This document shows, in pieces, positions 38,631 to 51,651 of a stretch of 64,000 nt of DNA (position 1 is the stretch's first letter; each line of letters begins with the position of its first letter). The position numbers and the translations under genes were made by a program. Below the pieces are notes generated by a model. It saw only the letters and a list, made by a program, of their open reading frames with translations, had not been told where the DNA came from and searched no databases. The stretch is from an uncultured delta proteobacterium (GTDB lineage Bacteria > Myxococcota > Myxococcia > Myxococcales > Myxococcaceae), in assembly GCA_963713045.1 (NCBI GenBank), contig CAVQKE010000003.1, forward strand, positions 1,366,412 to 1,430,411, read 5' to 3'.

Positions 38631-40115
38631 CTACTTTCTAATAGGCACGACATTTTCGGCCGCCGCGATGGGCGGGAACGTAACTCGAGCGATCATCGCG
38701 GCCGCTGCGTCGGCTATGAGCTCGAGCCCGAGCTCGTCGTCGCGGTCGACGTCCGCCCGGCCATCCCGCCACGTCATGGCGAGGTAGCCCATGCCTCGCT
38801 CACCATGAGCAAGCTCGACCCTTGCCTCGACAGGAAAGCTCGTGCCACCGGCCCGTTCTGTCTCGAAGAGAACGCTCTCGCGACGCGGACCGGCGGCTTC
38901 ATCAATACGAAGCTCAAGCCGTGCAGCACCCAATTGCTCGGCCAGGGGTCGAACAGAGTTCCAGAGATCGGACAGGTTGGCTGAAGCCTGGACGTTTCGG
39001 ACAACCTCGCGAAGGAGGTAGCGCAATTGCTGGTTGCGACGGCGGATGAGGGTCGCGGCCTTGTTCTCGCGCAAATCGAGGTAACCGAGCTTCCGCATTA
39101 GGACGAACACGACGACCGACACGGCGATTAGCAGCAGCGCGCTCTGCACGCCATTGGCGAAGGCCAGACCGAGCGCAGTAAACGCGAAGAGGCAGCACAA
39201 ACCGTAGAGGACAAGCACCGCGCTCCGCTGGCTCAGGCGAAGGCGGGACATGAGGCGATGATGGATGTGATCCTTATCTGCGTCGAAAAGCGAGCGCCCG
39301 AGGATTGCACGCCGGATCATAGCCAGGAGCGTGTCCATGATCGGCAGGCCAAGAGCGATAACCGGAACAAGCATGGCGACTGTGGTGCCCGATTTCGTCG
39401 ACGACTTCACCGCGACGGCTGCAAGGACAAAGCCGAGGAACATGCTCCCGGTGTCCCCCATGAAGATGGAGGCCGGGTTGAAGTTGAAGACGAGAAAGCC
39501 GAGAATCGCGCCGCCGAGAGCAGCCATAGCTAGGCTGACCAGAACGTCGTGGCGTGAGAACGCGAGGATGAAGTTGGTCGCAACGACGAAGAGAGCGACC
39601 CCCCCCGCCAGGCCATCCAATCCGTCGATGAGGTTGATCGCGTTGATGACCCCGACGATCCAGAGGATGGTAAAGGGAAGCGCCAGCATGCCAAGCGCAA
39701 GCGGCGGACCGAAGGGCCAGGACAAAATCTCGATCCGAAAGCCGATAGCGTAGAGGAGCAGAGCGACGCCAGTCTGGACCGAGAACTTCAGTCTCGCGCC
39801 CGCCCCATAGAGATCGTCGTACAGCCCGAGGGCAGCGATAGCGAAGCCCCCGAGGTAAAGGCCGAGGATGAGGTCACGCTGCTGCCGGAAGATGAGCGCA
39901 ACCGCCGAGTCGACGACGAGGAGCGCTGTGATGGGCGCGTTGAAGGCAAGCACAATGGCCACCCCGCCGAGACGAGGAACCGGCCTCGCGTGCACCTTTC
40001 GGCTGGACTTCGCCTGGTCGTACCAGCCGAGGTTCACGGCGCGGTTGCGCACGACGATGGTCAGGACTGCGCCGACCATTAGTGCTAGCAAAAAGGCAAC
40101 GAAGTCAGTGATCAC
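38631..40115 (-). CDS. MraY/WecA-family polyprenyl-phosphate HexNAc-1-phosphate transferase with C-terminal cytoplasmic extension
   Basis: RKVHARPVPRLGG, GLYDD, NAINLIDGLDGLA, FMGDTGS, DKDHIHHRL. Start uncertain (40115-40250). Confidence 0.9.
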   Translation of the reverse strand: MITDFVAFLLALMVGAVLTIVVRNRAVNLGWYDQAKSSRKVHARPVPRLGGVAIVLAFNAPITALLVVDSAVALIFRQQRDLILGLYLGGFAIAALGLYDDLYGAGARLKFSVQTGVALLLYAIGFRIEILSWPFGPPLALGMLALPFTILWIVGVINAINLIDGLDGLAGGVALFVVATNFILAFSRHDVLVSLAMAALGGAILGFLVFNFNPASIFMGDTGSMFLGFVLAAVAVKSSTKSGTTVAMLVPVIALGLPIMDTLLAMIRRAILGRSLFDADKDHIHHRLMSRLRLSQRSAVLVLYGLCCLFAFTALGLAFANGVQSALLLIAVSVVVFVLMRKLGYLDLRENKAATLIRRRNQQLRYLLREVVRNVQASANLSDLWNSVRPLAEQLGAARLELRIDEAAGPRRESVLFETERAGGTSFPVEARVELAHGERGMGYLAMTWRDGRADVDRDDELGLELIADAAAAMIARVTFPPIAAAENVVPIRK

Positions 40116-40722
40116 GGATGCAATGAGGAGTTTGGCACGGTACGGCGAAGGAAGCGCAAGTCGAGTCCAAAGAGAATTGCTCGTTCCCTTTGCGACCGTC
40201 ATGACGTCCCGGCGCCACTCCGATCGGCCGTCTGAGAGCTCGGACCCCACCGAGGTGGGCGACCAGTACGAGCGCGAGTGGCCAAGAAGCGGCTGGCCTG
40301 ACCGATGGCATGCGCGGTGCCCGAGGCCCCAGTGACACGCGCTGTCATTGAATTGTTGCGTTCAGGGCCGAATTCGTTCCAGACCGTCGTTGACGTTAGT
40401 CGCGCGACCAACTTCGACGATTCCCTGTTCGTTCTAGAACAACGAAGAGACGTTGTCGGCGTGGAACTCTCGCGCCGACCCCTCAAATTAGGGCCGCGGC
40501 ATGGTCGCCGTAGGCGCATCCAGAGAGGTACTACCGCCCGGGCCTTCGAACCAGGCGTCGGCTCGGACACCGTCGAGCTGATTCCCTCGGATAAACCTAT
40601 CCGAGCGGAGCCGACCAGCGTCAACTCTGAGCGCACTGCCCAGCATCGTTCAATCGGTTAGACCAATCAAAACTCAGGTAGGACGGGCTGGCAATCACCC
40701 GTCTTCGGGCTCGCGCTTCGAA

Positions 40723-42881
<2,159 letters not shown>

Positions 42882-42883
42882 CT

Positions 42884-43786
42884 GTGCGCGTGCTGGTCAC
42901 CGGTTCGAGCGGCTTCGTAGGCCAGCACCTGTGCCGGCACTTGGCGTCCGTCGGAGATGATGTCATCGCTCGCCCTGGACCGGACGGCCCCGACTCTCTC
43001 GACGTGACGGACGATGCCGCGGTTCGGCGCGAAATCTCGCGGCTCCGGCCCGAGGGAATTATCCATCTCGCGGGCGTGAGTTCCGTGGCCTGGAGCCACG
43101 CAAATTCACTCAAGACATTCAGCGTGAACGCTACCGGGACAGTGAATCTCTTGCAGGCAGTGCGCGAGGTTGTTCCGGCCACGCGGCTGCTACTGATCGG
43201 CTCCGGAGAGATGTACGGCCGCCTTCCGGAGGGGCACCGCGCCCATGAGGAGGACCCTCTTCGTCCGCTTAGCCCGTATGCAGCGTCGAAGTGCGCGGCG
43301 GAGGACGTCGCCCGGCAATATTCGGCCAGCTATGGCCTTCAAGTAATCTGCGTCCGTCCCTTTAATCACCTCGGTGTGGGTCAGGCACTGCACTTCGTCG
43401 TGCCGTCGTTTGCACAGCAAATCGCGGACGTGAAGCAGGGTAGAAGAGAGGCATTTATTGAAGTCGGCGACCTCAGCCCCGTGCGCGACTTTCTACATGT
43501 CGAGGACGTAGTACGCGGCTACCGATTGCTCCTCGAGGAAGGAGCCCCTGGGACGGCATACAATCTGTGCAGCAGTGAACCTCTCTCGATTCGCGCTCTC
43601 CTCGACCAATTGTTAGAACTGGCCGGCATCCAGATTGAGATTAGGCTCGACGCAGCAAGGCTGCGTCCAGTGGAGATTCCTTGGTTGGTCGGGGATGGAA
43701 CCCGCATCCGAGCACTCGGTTGGCAGCCAAATCGTACGACGCGCGCGGCCCTGAGCGAAGCACTCGAAGAGGCGCTCGCCCGATGA
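42884..43786 (+). CDS. rmd: GDP-4-keto-6-deoxy-D-mannose reductase-like SDR (D-rhamnose pathway)
   Basis: VLVTGSSGFVG, HLAGVSSV, SPYAASK, RPFNHLG.GQ..FVVPSFAQQI, RLRP. Directly downstream of gmd. Confidence 0.75.
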   Translation: MRVLVTGSSGFVGQHLCRHLASVGDDVIARPGPDGPDSLDVTDDAAVRREISRLRPEGIIHLAGVSSVAWSHANSLKTFSVNATGTVNLLQAVREVVPATRLLLIGSGEMYGRLPEGHRAHEEDPLRPLSPYAASKCAAEDVARQYSASYGLQVICVRPFNHLGVGQALHFVVPSFAQQIADVKQGRREAFIEVGDLSPVRDFLHVEDVVRGYRLLLEEGAPGTAYNLCSSEPLSIRALLDQLLELAGIQIEIRLDAARLRPVEIPWLVGDGTRIRALGWQPNRTTRAALSEALEEALAR

Positions 43787-44913
43787 TCCAACGGGGCGGG
43801 AGGCTCCGCCTCGGAGTGGTCCTCGACGCGCCCTTCGAGGGCTGGACGAGCATGGACTACATCGGCGAGATGCTGGTACAGACGTTGAGCCGCGAGCACG
43901 CGAAGGAAGTCTGCGTATCAGCGTTACAGCCATGGGTGCCAAGGCTCTTTGGGCGCCTTCCGGGCCCTGCCCGGTGGCTACGAGAGAGCGCCAATCGGAT
44001 CTTCGCGCGATGCGTCGTCTATCCGACGACTATGCAGCTCGAGCGCTTCCGCTACGACTTCTTTCACATCGTCAATCATAGCTACGCTCATGCGGCGCAC
44101 TCCCTTCCAGGAGGGCGGACCGGCATTTATTGCCATGACTTAGACGCTCTGCAGCCTCTCCTTGGAGGCTCGAAGTGGGCGCCTCACCGCGTCGCCCTCG
44201 CCCGGAGTGTTCTGCGAGGCCTTCAGCGTGTCGCAGTTGTTTTCTACAATACCGAGCACGTACGGAAGCAAATCTCGGACCTGGGGCTGCTCGACGACAA
44301 TAAACTGGTCCATGCGCCATTTGGCGTCGCAACTGAGTTCAGTCCAATTGGCCCAGCAGCCGCCGAGGTGGAAGAGGGCCTCCTTCGAGGGCGTTTTCTG
44401 TTGCATGTTGGAAGTGGCATTCCGCGAAAGCGCCTGGACTTGCTTTTCCGAGCCTTCGCGATGGTCCGCGCTTCGGAGCCGGACGTCTTTCTCGTGCAGC
44501 AAGGCGCAAGCTTTACAGAAGAACAGCTGGCTTTGCTGGCTCAGTTGGGGGTTCGCCACGAAGTAGTCACTCTTCCCAAGCTCACGCGTAGTGCGCTTGC
44601 TCATCTTTACCGTCGTGCGGAGCTGCTAGTGCTGCCCAGCGAGCGGGAGGGCTTTGGACTTCCCGTGATCGAAGCGCTTGCTTGCGGAACTCGAGTCTTA
44701 GCCAGAGACATCCCAGCACTTCGCGAAGTGGGAGGTGCCGCTGCATCGTACTGTGACTCCGATGAACCCTCAGATTGGGCAATGGCGATCAGAGCAGCCC
44801 TCAATGCCGAAAGCTCATCCGAGGCAAAAGCGGAGCGACTGGCTCAGGCCGCACGGTTCAGTTGGTCTTTGCACGCCAAGACGGTCCTAAGCACTTATCA
44901 GGCAATGGCGTGA
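43783..44913 (+). CDS. GT4 glycosyltransferase
   Basis: LLHVGSGIPRKRLD, PSEREGFGLPVIEALACG. Confidence 0.9.
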   Translation: MIQRGGRLRLGVVLDAPFEGWTSMDYIGEMLVQTLSREHAKEVCVSALQPWVPRLFGRLPGPARWLRESANRIFARCVVYPTTMQLERFRYDFFHIVNHSYAHAAHSLPGGRTGIYCHDLDALQPLLGGSKWAPHRVALARSVLRGLQRVAVVFYNTEHVRKQISDLGLLDDNKLVHAPFGVATEFSPIGPAAAEVEEGLLRGRFLLHVGSGIPRKRLDLLFRAFAMVRASEPDVFLVQQGASFTEEQLALLAQLGVRHEVVTLPKLTRSALAHLYRRAELLVLPSEREGFGLPVIEALACGTRVLARDIPALREVGGAAASYCDSDEPSDWAMAIRAALNAESSSEAKAERLAQAARFSWSLHAKTVLSTYQAMA

Positions 44914-46166
44914 GAGCAAAACCCAGTCCTTGTGCTGCTAATTCTCGAAGAGTGCTCGTTATAAGTCCTAGCGCTGAGCTGGGAGGAGCAGAGCGTGTGC
45001 TCCTAGACCTCATAGCTTCGACACGAGCGGTCGACCGGGACCTCCTATTTCATGTCCTGAGCTTCGCCGATGGACCATTGCTCGCAGAGGCCGAGCGACT
45101 TGGCGCCACGACGAGCGTGCTAGCGCTTCCGGCAGCGTTAGCCACTCTAGGCGACAGCGGCTTGCGCCTCGACCAACACTGGGATCGAAGAATGAGGCTC
45201 GCTGGTTCGATCCTCCGCTCAGTGCCCGCACTGCTCCGCTTTGTTCCCGCGCTCCGCGCTCAGATCTTAAAGACGGCACCGGATATCGTCCACAGCAATG
45301 GAATCAAGGCTCATCTACTCTCCGCTCTAGCCACGCCGCGTCGGGTGCCCGTCGTTTGGCATGTCCACGATTTCCTAAGCGAACGCCCCATAGCCCGTCG
45401 CCTGCTTGCGCTAAGCGCGGGCCGCGGAAGTACAGCCATCGCTATTTCCGAGGCAGTCGCTCGGGACACTCGTCTTGCCTTGCCGTCGCTCCACACAGTC
45501 ACGATTCTCAATGCGGTTGACGTCGAGGAATTCTCTCCTGGAGCCGGGGATGGCCCGTGGCTAGACACTTTGTCTGGAATGCCGACGGCTCCGGAGGGCA
45601 CTCTTCGTATAGGTCTGGTTTCCACTTACGCCAAGTGGAAGGGCCAGAAGGTCCTCCTCGAGGCGGCTACGCGAGTTCGCACCCTCTGCCGCGGTCAGTC
45701 CCTCCGCTTCTACTTAGTTGGTGGACCCGTCTATTCGACTGCTGAGGGCCAGTTCGGGCAAGAGGACTTCCGGACACTTATTTCGCACCTTTCCCTTGAG
45801 GGAATGGCAGGGCTGATACCGTTCCAGCAGGCGCTCCCGCCGATTCTGAGAAGCCTTGATATCGTTGTGCATGCAAGCACCAGGCCCGAGCCGTTTGGGC
45901 GGAGCATTATTGAGGCTATGGCATGCGGTCGCCCCGTGGTCGTCGCGATGGGTGGAGGCGTTTCTGAGATCATTGACCCAGACTCTACCGGTCTGACGCA
46001 CGCCCCTGGAGACGTTCAAGGGCTCGCTCGAGCACTCTGTGCCCTCATAGAATCGAGAGACCTACGAAGCTTACTCGCGTCGCACGCTAGAGCGGCTGTC
46101 GTTGAACGGTTCTCGCGTGACCGCGTCGGTCCAGCCCTCGTGGCGCTCTACCGGGCCCTCCTTTGA
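44910..46166 (+). CDS. GT4 glycosyltransferase
   Basis: GGAERVL, VVWHVHD, KWKGQ, PEPFGRSIIEAMACG. Confidence 0.9.
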   Translation: MRAKPSPCAANSRRVLVISPSAELGGAERVLLDLIASTRAVDRDLLFHVLSFADGPLLAEAERLGATTSVLALPAALATLGDSGLRLDQHWDRRMRLAGSILRSVPALLRFVPALRAQILKTAPDIVHSNGIKAHLLSALATPRRVPVVWHVHDFLSERPIARRLLALSAGRGSTAIAISEAVARDTRLALPSLHTVTILNAVDVEEFSPGAGDGPWLDTLSGMPTAPEGTLRIGLVSTYAKWKGQKVLLEAATRVRTLCRGQSLRFYLVGGPVYSTAEGQFGQEDFRTLISHLSLEGMAGLIPFQQALPPILRSLDIVVHASTRPEPFGRSIIEAMACGRPVVVAMGGGVSEIIDPDSTGLTHAPGDVQGLARALCALIESRDLRSLLASHARAAVVERFSRDRVGPALVALYRALL

Positions 46167-46217
46167 GCTTTTCCTTTCGCGAATTTCCAGCTCGTCCGTA
46201 GTATCATCTGGACGTCA

Positions 46218-46936
46218 ATGCGGCTCCCGGCTCCACAGTCCGACCCCGATTACACCTACGTGCGCGAACATGATCTTCGCGAATGGTGGGAACCGTCGAT
46301 TCAGCCGCATGCCGCACTGGGCTATCAGCAGCGAGCTCTTGTTGGAGCAAGTCCGGCAGCATGTCCCCGTCGGAGCAAGCATACTGGACACGGCTGCGCA
46401 CAAGATACTGCCGGCCTCCTACTTGCGGAAGGCGGGTACCGGGTCACCCTGCTCGACATACGCGAGGCGCACGTTAGGTATGCACGCGATCGCTACGAAC
46501 GCGGGACTGTCCATTTTGTCGTCGGGTGCCTTGCTGAGGCGGTACCGTCCCTCGCGGCGTTCGATGCCGTTATCTGCACTGAGGTCCTTGAGCACGTACG
46601 CGCGCCTGCGATTCTTCTGAAAGACATCGGGGGGGCATACTATTCCTGACGACACCGAATGCCGACTATTTGATGTCGCACTTGCCCTCCTATGCCACGG
46701 CGATCGACGATGTTATTGAAGGATCAGAGGCCGACAGCTGCGATGGGGACGCGCATCGCTATCTCTTTTCACGTGAGGAGCTCGTCGCCCTACTCCGCGG
46801 CGTAGGCTTTCGAGCCGAGGAGGTGGAGTTTTGTCTACCGTTTTGGACACGGGCCCTCTCAAAACACGCTACGCGATTGGCCTCTACATGCGCCTCAAAC
46901 GGCGACTACCGGTTCTTCGTTAACCGCTCGTGCTAA
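46218..46936 (+). CDS. Class I SAM-dependent methyltransferase (several frameshifts)
   Basis: Fragments ASILDT/GCAQ, FDAVICTEVLEHV, LTTPN, HRYLFSREEL across frames. End approximate. Confidence 0.6.
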
Positions 46937-47003
46937 AAGGTTTAGTCGCACGACGGACCACATGCTGTTTAATCGCCCGCGCTCGTCTTCCTTCGGAAAG
47001 CCG

Positions 47004-48191
47004 TCAAACCGTATCCGTGCCTGCGATTGATGCGAAGGCGGTGCCCAGAATGGCAAGGTGCTGTTCTACAGAGTGCTTCCGAGCGCTCTCCCAAGCGCCA
47101 ACGCGTAGCCTCTGGTGGTGCGCCGGCTCCCTTAGAGCTCGAACAATTGCATCGGCAAGCCCATGAACGCTCGGCACCCCAGCACTAGCTTCACCTGAAA
47201 CTCCCGGCATAAGCCACTCGGAAATGCCTCCAGTCGCAAATGCAACTGCCGGTAGTCCAACAGCCGCCGCTTCAAGGCCGACGATACCGAACGGTTCCGG
47301 CCACAGGCTTGGAAGGGCTAAAAGGTCGGCCCGTCTCATGAGTGCTTCACGTTCATCCGGGTTCACCCATCGCCGCCAATCCAAATCGACCCCTTGCTCC
47401 TGGGCCTTTAGTCTAACGCGTTCAATCTCCACTCCGTCGCCCGCTACGACCAACCTCAGGCGCTTGCCGAGCCTGGCCTCAGCGACCGGCAACGCCCTTA
47501 CCAAGACTTCGAGTCCTTTTACTTTCGTGACGCGACCAACAAAAAGAATTTCCCCTGATTGGCGCCGCTCGTGGGGCGGTCTGATATCTGGGATCTGGGT
47601 CGTCGGAAAGAGGGGCGCTACAAAGACCTTTGGAGGGTCAACGCCGTTTTTGATCGCCTCATCACGCATATAGACGCTCCCAACGATCACAGCGGCTGCG
47701 CGCTGCAGCGCTTTTTGGCGTCTTCTCTGCTGGGAATACAACTTAGCTGCGGTGACGGGATTTAGCCCTCCGCAGCGTGTAGGCAAATAGTAGGCAAGGC
47801 AAGCTGGCCCAAGTGCGCGGTGACAGACCCGAACGCTTGGAAATGCGTGACGTTTGGCTCCGCTGATGCAAGTGCCTTGATATCCGTGAAGAAAATGGGC
47901 AACGCGACTTTCATTAACTGCTATTTCCTCTAATTCAGCAGAGTCCAATCCATGAGCAAATGCGATGTCGACGTCAATTTCCCGGATAAGTTGGCGAAGG
48001 CTGGAGGGAGTGGAGATCTGACGAGTTCGCGGACTCCGTTCGCAGACGACCGCGGTTCCAGAAAATGGTTCTGTTTCGTAGGCGAACCAGAGTTGGTGGC
48101 CTTGCGCAACTAGTCGTGGAATCAGAGCATTGAGGTACATTTCAACCCCTCCAATCACACCGCGAGACCTATTAAGGACCAGCAATTTCAT
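47004..48191 (-). CDS. GT4 glycosyltransferase
   Basis: GGVEMY, FVGRVTKVKG, PSLWPEPFGIVGLEAAA. Confidence 0.9.
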   Translation of the reverse strand: MKLLVLNRSRGVIGGVEMYLNALIPRLVAQGHQLWFAYETEPFSGTAVVCERSPRTRQISTPSSLRQLIREIDVDIAFAHGLDSAELEEIAVNESRVAHFLHGYQGTCISGAKRHAFPSVRVCHRALGPACLAYYLPTRCGGLNPVTAAKLYSQQRRRQKALQRAAAVIVGSVYMRDEAIKNGVDPPKVFVAPLFPTTQIPDIRPPHERRQSGEILFVGRVTKVKGLEVLVRALPVAEARLGKRLRLVVAGDGVEIERVRLKAQEQGVDLDWRRWVNPDEREALMRRADLLALPSLWPEPFGIVGLEAAAVGLPAVAFATGGISEWLMPGVSGEASAGVPSVHGLADAIVRALREPAHHQRLRVGAWESARKHSVEQHLAILGTAFASIAGTDTV

Positions 48192-48407
48192 CGAGTGCCT
48201 CTTACCGATGGCGCATCGCCCGCGGGGCCCTCAGGCGCGGGCGGCGTGCGCGACTCGTGAGATTTTGCGAGCCTCTACGCATGCTGGCTGGACACGTGTT
48301 CACAGTGTTCAGAGTAGGCGCGTCCTTCCTAGCCACTGGATCTACCTCGGCGGCACAGCAAGAGTTCCCTTGGCCTCCGTTCCCAAGGGGCCTTAGCGGC
48401 GGATTCT

Positions 48408-49169
48408 TCACGGGCCGGGCTCCGGTCCGGTTAAAAGCACGGTCCTCAGTGTCTCGCCCCTGTGAGCAATCGGGGAAGCCACCGGGGCCTCGAGGATGAT
48501 TCCCCGGACCGGCCGCGAAAACGGGGGCAGGTCGAGAAACACGCCCGACCCATCAACAACCCGAGTGTCAGGGCCATGCGGCTTATCCAGATTGGGACCG
48601 ACCAAGTAGCCGGGCGCAGGGTAATGCTCGGTAACTAGGACGTACGGGTATTGTCCTAACCGTTCGAGGGCCCTAGCGATTTCGTGGTTCGACAGGTGCT
48701 GCAAGACTTGGCGAAGTAAGCAAAGTTCCCCGTTCGGGAGGTCATCCTCTAGCAGGTCTCGGCACAGAAATTCTGTTTCTGGCCCAGTGAATATGGTCCG
48801 GTTCCGCTCAATTAGTTCGGGAACAAGATCCACGCCTATGTAGTGAACCCCGGGAACCTTCAGCATCTGGCCGACCCTGTAGTCCCCACATCCCAAGTCC
48901 ACAACGGTTTTGATGCAGTGCTGCCTTACGAACTCTCGAACAGCCGCCGCATAGGCTTTCGCCTGGCCTTCTTCGGAACCCGGTCCTGAGTGGAAGTCGC
49001 CTCTTACACCACCCCATTGATTCCGCGTGTAGACGTCTCGAAATACCTCCCGGATGGGTCGCCTTGCGTTCGCGGCGCGCGCCAGCCGCAGGCGCATGAG
49101 TTGGCAGCGTATGATAACTGCCCCGGGCAGCAGTCGCTTTAAGACGCTCTTGGAAAAGTTAGCGAGCAT
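48408..49169 (-). CDS. Class I SAM-dependent methyltransferase
   Basis: FRDVYTRNQWG..SGPGS, VVDLGCGD, RQVLQHL. Confidence 0.85.
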   Translation of the reverse strand: MLANFSKSVLKRLLPGAVIIRCQLMRLRLARAANARRPIREVFRDVYTRNQWGGVRGDFHSGPGSEEGQAKAYAAAVREFVRQHCIKTVVDLGCGDYRVGQMLKVPGVHYIGVDLVPELIERNRTIFTGPETEFLCRDLLEDDLPNGELCLLRQVLQHLSNHEIARALERLGQYPYVLVTEHYPAPGYLVGPNLDKPHGPDTRVVDGSGVFLDLPPFSRPVRGIILEAPVASPIAHRGETLRTVLLTGPEPGP

Positions 49170-49203
49170 CCGTCTTCGTTAAGCCTTGCGCACCAATCAA
49201 CGT

Positions 49204-50256
49204 TCAAGCCGAGAAGCGCGGCGTTGACTCCAAATCCCCATCACTGCCATTCGCGCTCTTCCATGCAATCGCGTTCAACGGGAACCCGAACAGTAAATGA
49301 AAAGCGAAAGTCAGATTTCTCTTGGCGACCCATCTTACTGCTGGCACGCGCCACATCTTTGAGGCAACTGCGGCGAGACGGGCAAAGCGCATGTCGGGGT
49401 GAATCGCACCGGTTACAAGCTTCTGATCATGAAAAGCAGAAAACAAAAATCGTACTCGGAGGCCATTGCGGCGAAACGCCAAGTAATAGCGCACAATCGA
49501 GTACTCGTTCTCATGCACCAGCTCGCTTCGGTTCTCGTGTGAGATAGCCCCGCCCAATCTCTTGAACCAGCCGCCGATCGGATCGTTCAAAAAGAGCGCT
49601 GCCCCCCCCGGACGAAGAACGCGGGCGACCTCTCGCACCGTGAGATCGAGGTCCGGGGAATGGTGACTTGTTGCAGAAAGCAGGACAAGGTCGAACACCT
49701 CCGAACGATAGGGAAGGCAGTTCATGTCTGCCAACGTCCTTTCAGGCCACGTCGCTTCGTCCGGAAGCGTATATTGGAAAAAGAGATTCGCGGCGTGACA
49801 TTCCGCGCCTCGTGCCTGAAACCAATTAAGGAAATAATAGTCAGCTTCCGCGCCGATCTCGAGGACGCGAGTCATCTTCCTGTTCGAGATAGTCGTCATT
49901 GCCTGCATGAAATTAGCGTATATTTGCTGATAGTATTGCCCTGGCTCGTTTAAGGAGCCCTCCATCCGTTCTTGAAGTGTGGGAATCCTGTTGACCTTCC
50001 AGAGTTTCATTTGCCGCCAGTCGGCCACGCCTAGCTTTTGCTCCACAGCCATGCCCTGAAGCTCACGGATAACTTCCTGTGATGGAGCTACCAACGAGTC
50101 CAAAATGTTGTGCGAATAATCATAGACAGATCCGCAGCGATGGCATTGAAGAGCATCAAGCGGTCGACCGCATTTTACGCACTGATAGACCGTAAATGGA
50201 CGTGGGGGCAACGTTCTTTGCGGCGGCCGCGCGTCTGGCTCTCTTCGTTCAGGCAT
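49204..50256 (-). CDS. Class I SAM-dependent methyltransferase with N-terminal CxxC-CxxC
   Basis: CVKC..CHRC, VLEIGA, LPYRSEVFDLV..HH, RVLRPGG. Confidence 0.8.
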   Translation of the reverse strand: MPERREPDARPPQRTLPPRPFTVYQCVKCGRPLDALQCHRCGSVYDYSHNILDSLVAPSQEVIRELQGMAVEQKLGVADWRQMKLWKVNRIPTLQERMEGSLNEPGQYYQQIYANFMQAMTTISNRKMTRVLEIGAEADYYFLNWFQARGAECHAANLFFQYTLPDEATWPERTLADMNCLPYRSEVFDLVLLSATSHHSPDLDLTVREVARVLRPGGAALFLNDPIGGWFKRLGGAISHENRSELVHENEYSIVRYYLAFRRNGLRVRFLFSAFHDQKLVTGAIHPDMRFARLAAVASKMWRVPAVRWVAKRNLTFAFHLLFGFPLNAIAWKSANGSDGDLESTPRFSA

Positions 50257-50422
50257 AGGGCCCACCCTTCCGTGACCCTCACGACAGCCACAGTCTGAGA
50301 GATGCCGCACGTGGTTACTCTGACCTGTCAAGCCTTTGCAAAATCGGCTAGGCTGAAGCAGTGGGTTCACCACGAGCCCAGCTTCGCTGTTGCCACTTGA
50401 TCAGTAGCGCGAGACCCCGCGG

Positions 50423-51556
50423 ATGACGCCTTTGCTTGCCTCAGGTAACAGCCCCTCGAACAGAGAAGCTCGACGCCAGAGTGATTTGCGCGTAACTCAT
50501 GTAGTTCCTCAGCTCTTCGATGTTGTCGACGGTTTGCTCGGCGGTGCTGAACGCTTCGCCTTCGAGCTCGCACGCCACATGGCTCATCGCGTCCGAACTC
50601 GTTTGGTCTGTTTCGGACCACGGCCTCTAGTGCGATCGGTTGAGTCACTGCAAATCGAGGTCTTTCAACCGCTCCTCAGCGTTGCTGGTCAAAAAAGCAA
50701 TCCGCTGGCTTTGCGCCCTCTTCGTATCCTGTGGCAATCGGACGTGTTGCACGTTCATCAAAGCCATATACTGATGAGCAATCTACTCGCAGGATTAGGA
50801 AAACTAGTGCGCGTGCCGGTCTTTACAACGGACCTGGGGGGCGGAGGGTGGAACATCGACGGCCTCGTCAATTCACAGAAGTGGTACACAGGGCATCTAC
50901 ACATTAGCAACTATAGTCGTTCGGTATATGGTCATGAGCATAGCCCCCAGGCCCGGGTCATTTGGGCAGGTGTGGACGCCGCGCGATTTACGCCGGGGTC
51001 TGGCGGGGGGGGCGTTCTTTTTGTCGGACGATTGCTGCCGCATAAGGGCGTCGACGTCTTAATAGAAGCCCTTCCCACGGGCATTCCTCTAACAGTCGTC
51101 GGACCATCGGTGGACTCGGAATACACGTCCTTCTTGAAAAGGATTGGAAGTGGGAAAGCGGTTCGGTTTCTCGGACCGCTTACTGAGGACGAACTTGTGA
51201 AAGCTTACGGTCGAGCTGATATCATCGCGCTAACCAGCGTCTACCGTGACTGTTATGGCCACTCGACTACGGTTCCCGAGTTGCTCGGCCAGACGCTCTT
51301 AGAGGGAATGGCCTGCGCTCTTCCCGCGATTGCGACACGGGTGGCGAGTCTTCCTGAGGTCGTGGACGATGGGGTCACCGGGTTTGTAGTCGAGCCAAAT
51401 GTTCCGAGCTTGCGAGCGGCGATAAGCGCTTTGGTGGGCCAAAAGGGACTCGCTAGAAAAATGGGAGCCGCTGGTCGGCAACGGGTCCTCGAGCGCTTTA
51501 GCTGGCGAGAAACTGTCGAGCGTTGTTTGAATGCCTATGAAGACTTGGGAGTCTAA
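50423..51556 (+). CDS. GT4 glycosyltransferase
   Basis: GGAERF, LFVGRLLPHKG, ELLGQTLLEGMAC. Confidence 0.9.
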   Translation: MTPLLASGNSPSNREARRQSDLRVTHVVPQLFDVVDGLLGGAERFAFELARHMAHRVRTRLVCFGPRPLVRSVESLQIEVFQPLLSVAGQKSNPLALRPLRILWQSDVLHVHQSHILMSNLLAGLGKLVRVPVFTTDLGGGGWNIDGLVNSQKWYTGHLHISNYSRSVYGHEHSPQARVIWAGVDAARFTPGSGGGGVLFVGRLLPHKGVDVLIEALPTGIPLTVVGPSVDSEYTSFLKRIGSGKAVRFLGPLTEDELVKAYGRADIIALTSVYRDCYGHSTTVPELLGQTLLEGMACALPAIATRVASLPEVVDDGVTGFVVEPNVPSLRAAISALVGQKGLARKMGAAGRQRVLERFSWRETVERCLNAYEDLGV

Positions 51557-51651
51557 TCGAACTAGGTGAGAGCTGGAAGTATCGTTTGCGTTAACGGCCC
51601 TGGAAACTCCTGGTCGCCTAGGTACACCGTGCTTGTTGGCGGACACCGAGT

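Noticed and set aside
40527..40538. ops-like GGCGGTAG on the minus strand upstream of the WecA-like gene
   Set aside because: It lacks the downstream TG of the ops consensus and any JUMPstart context. An 8-mer like this is common at this GC content.
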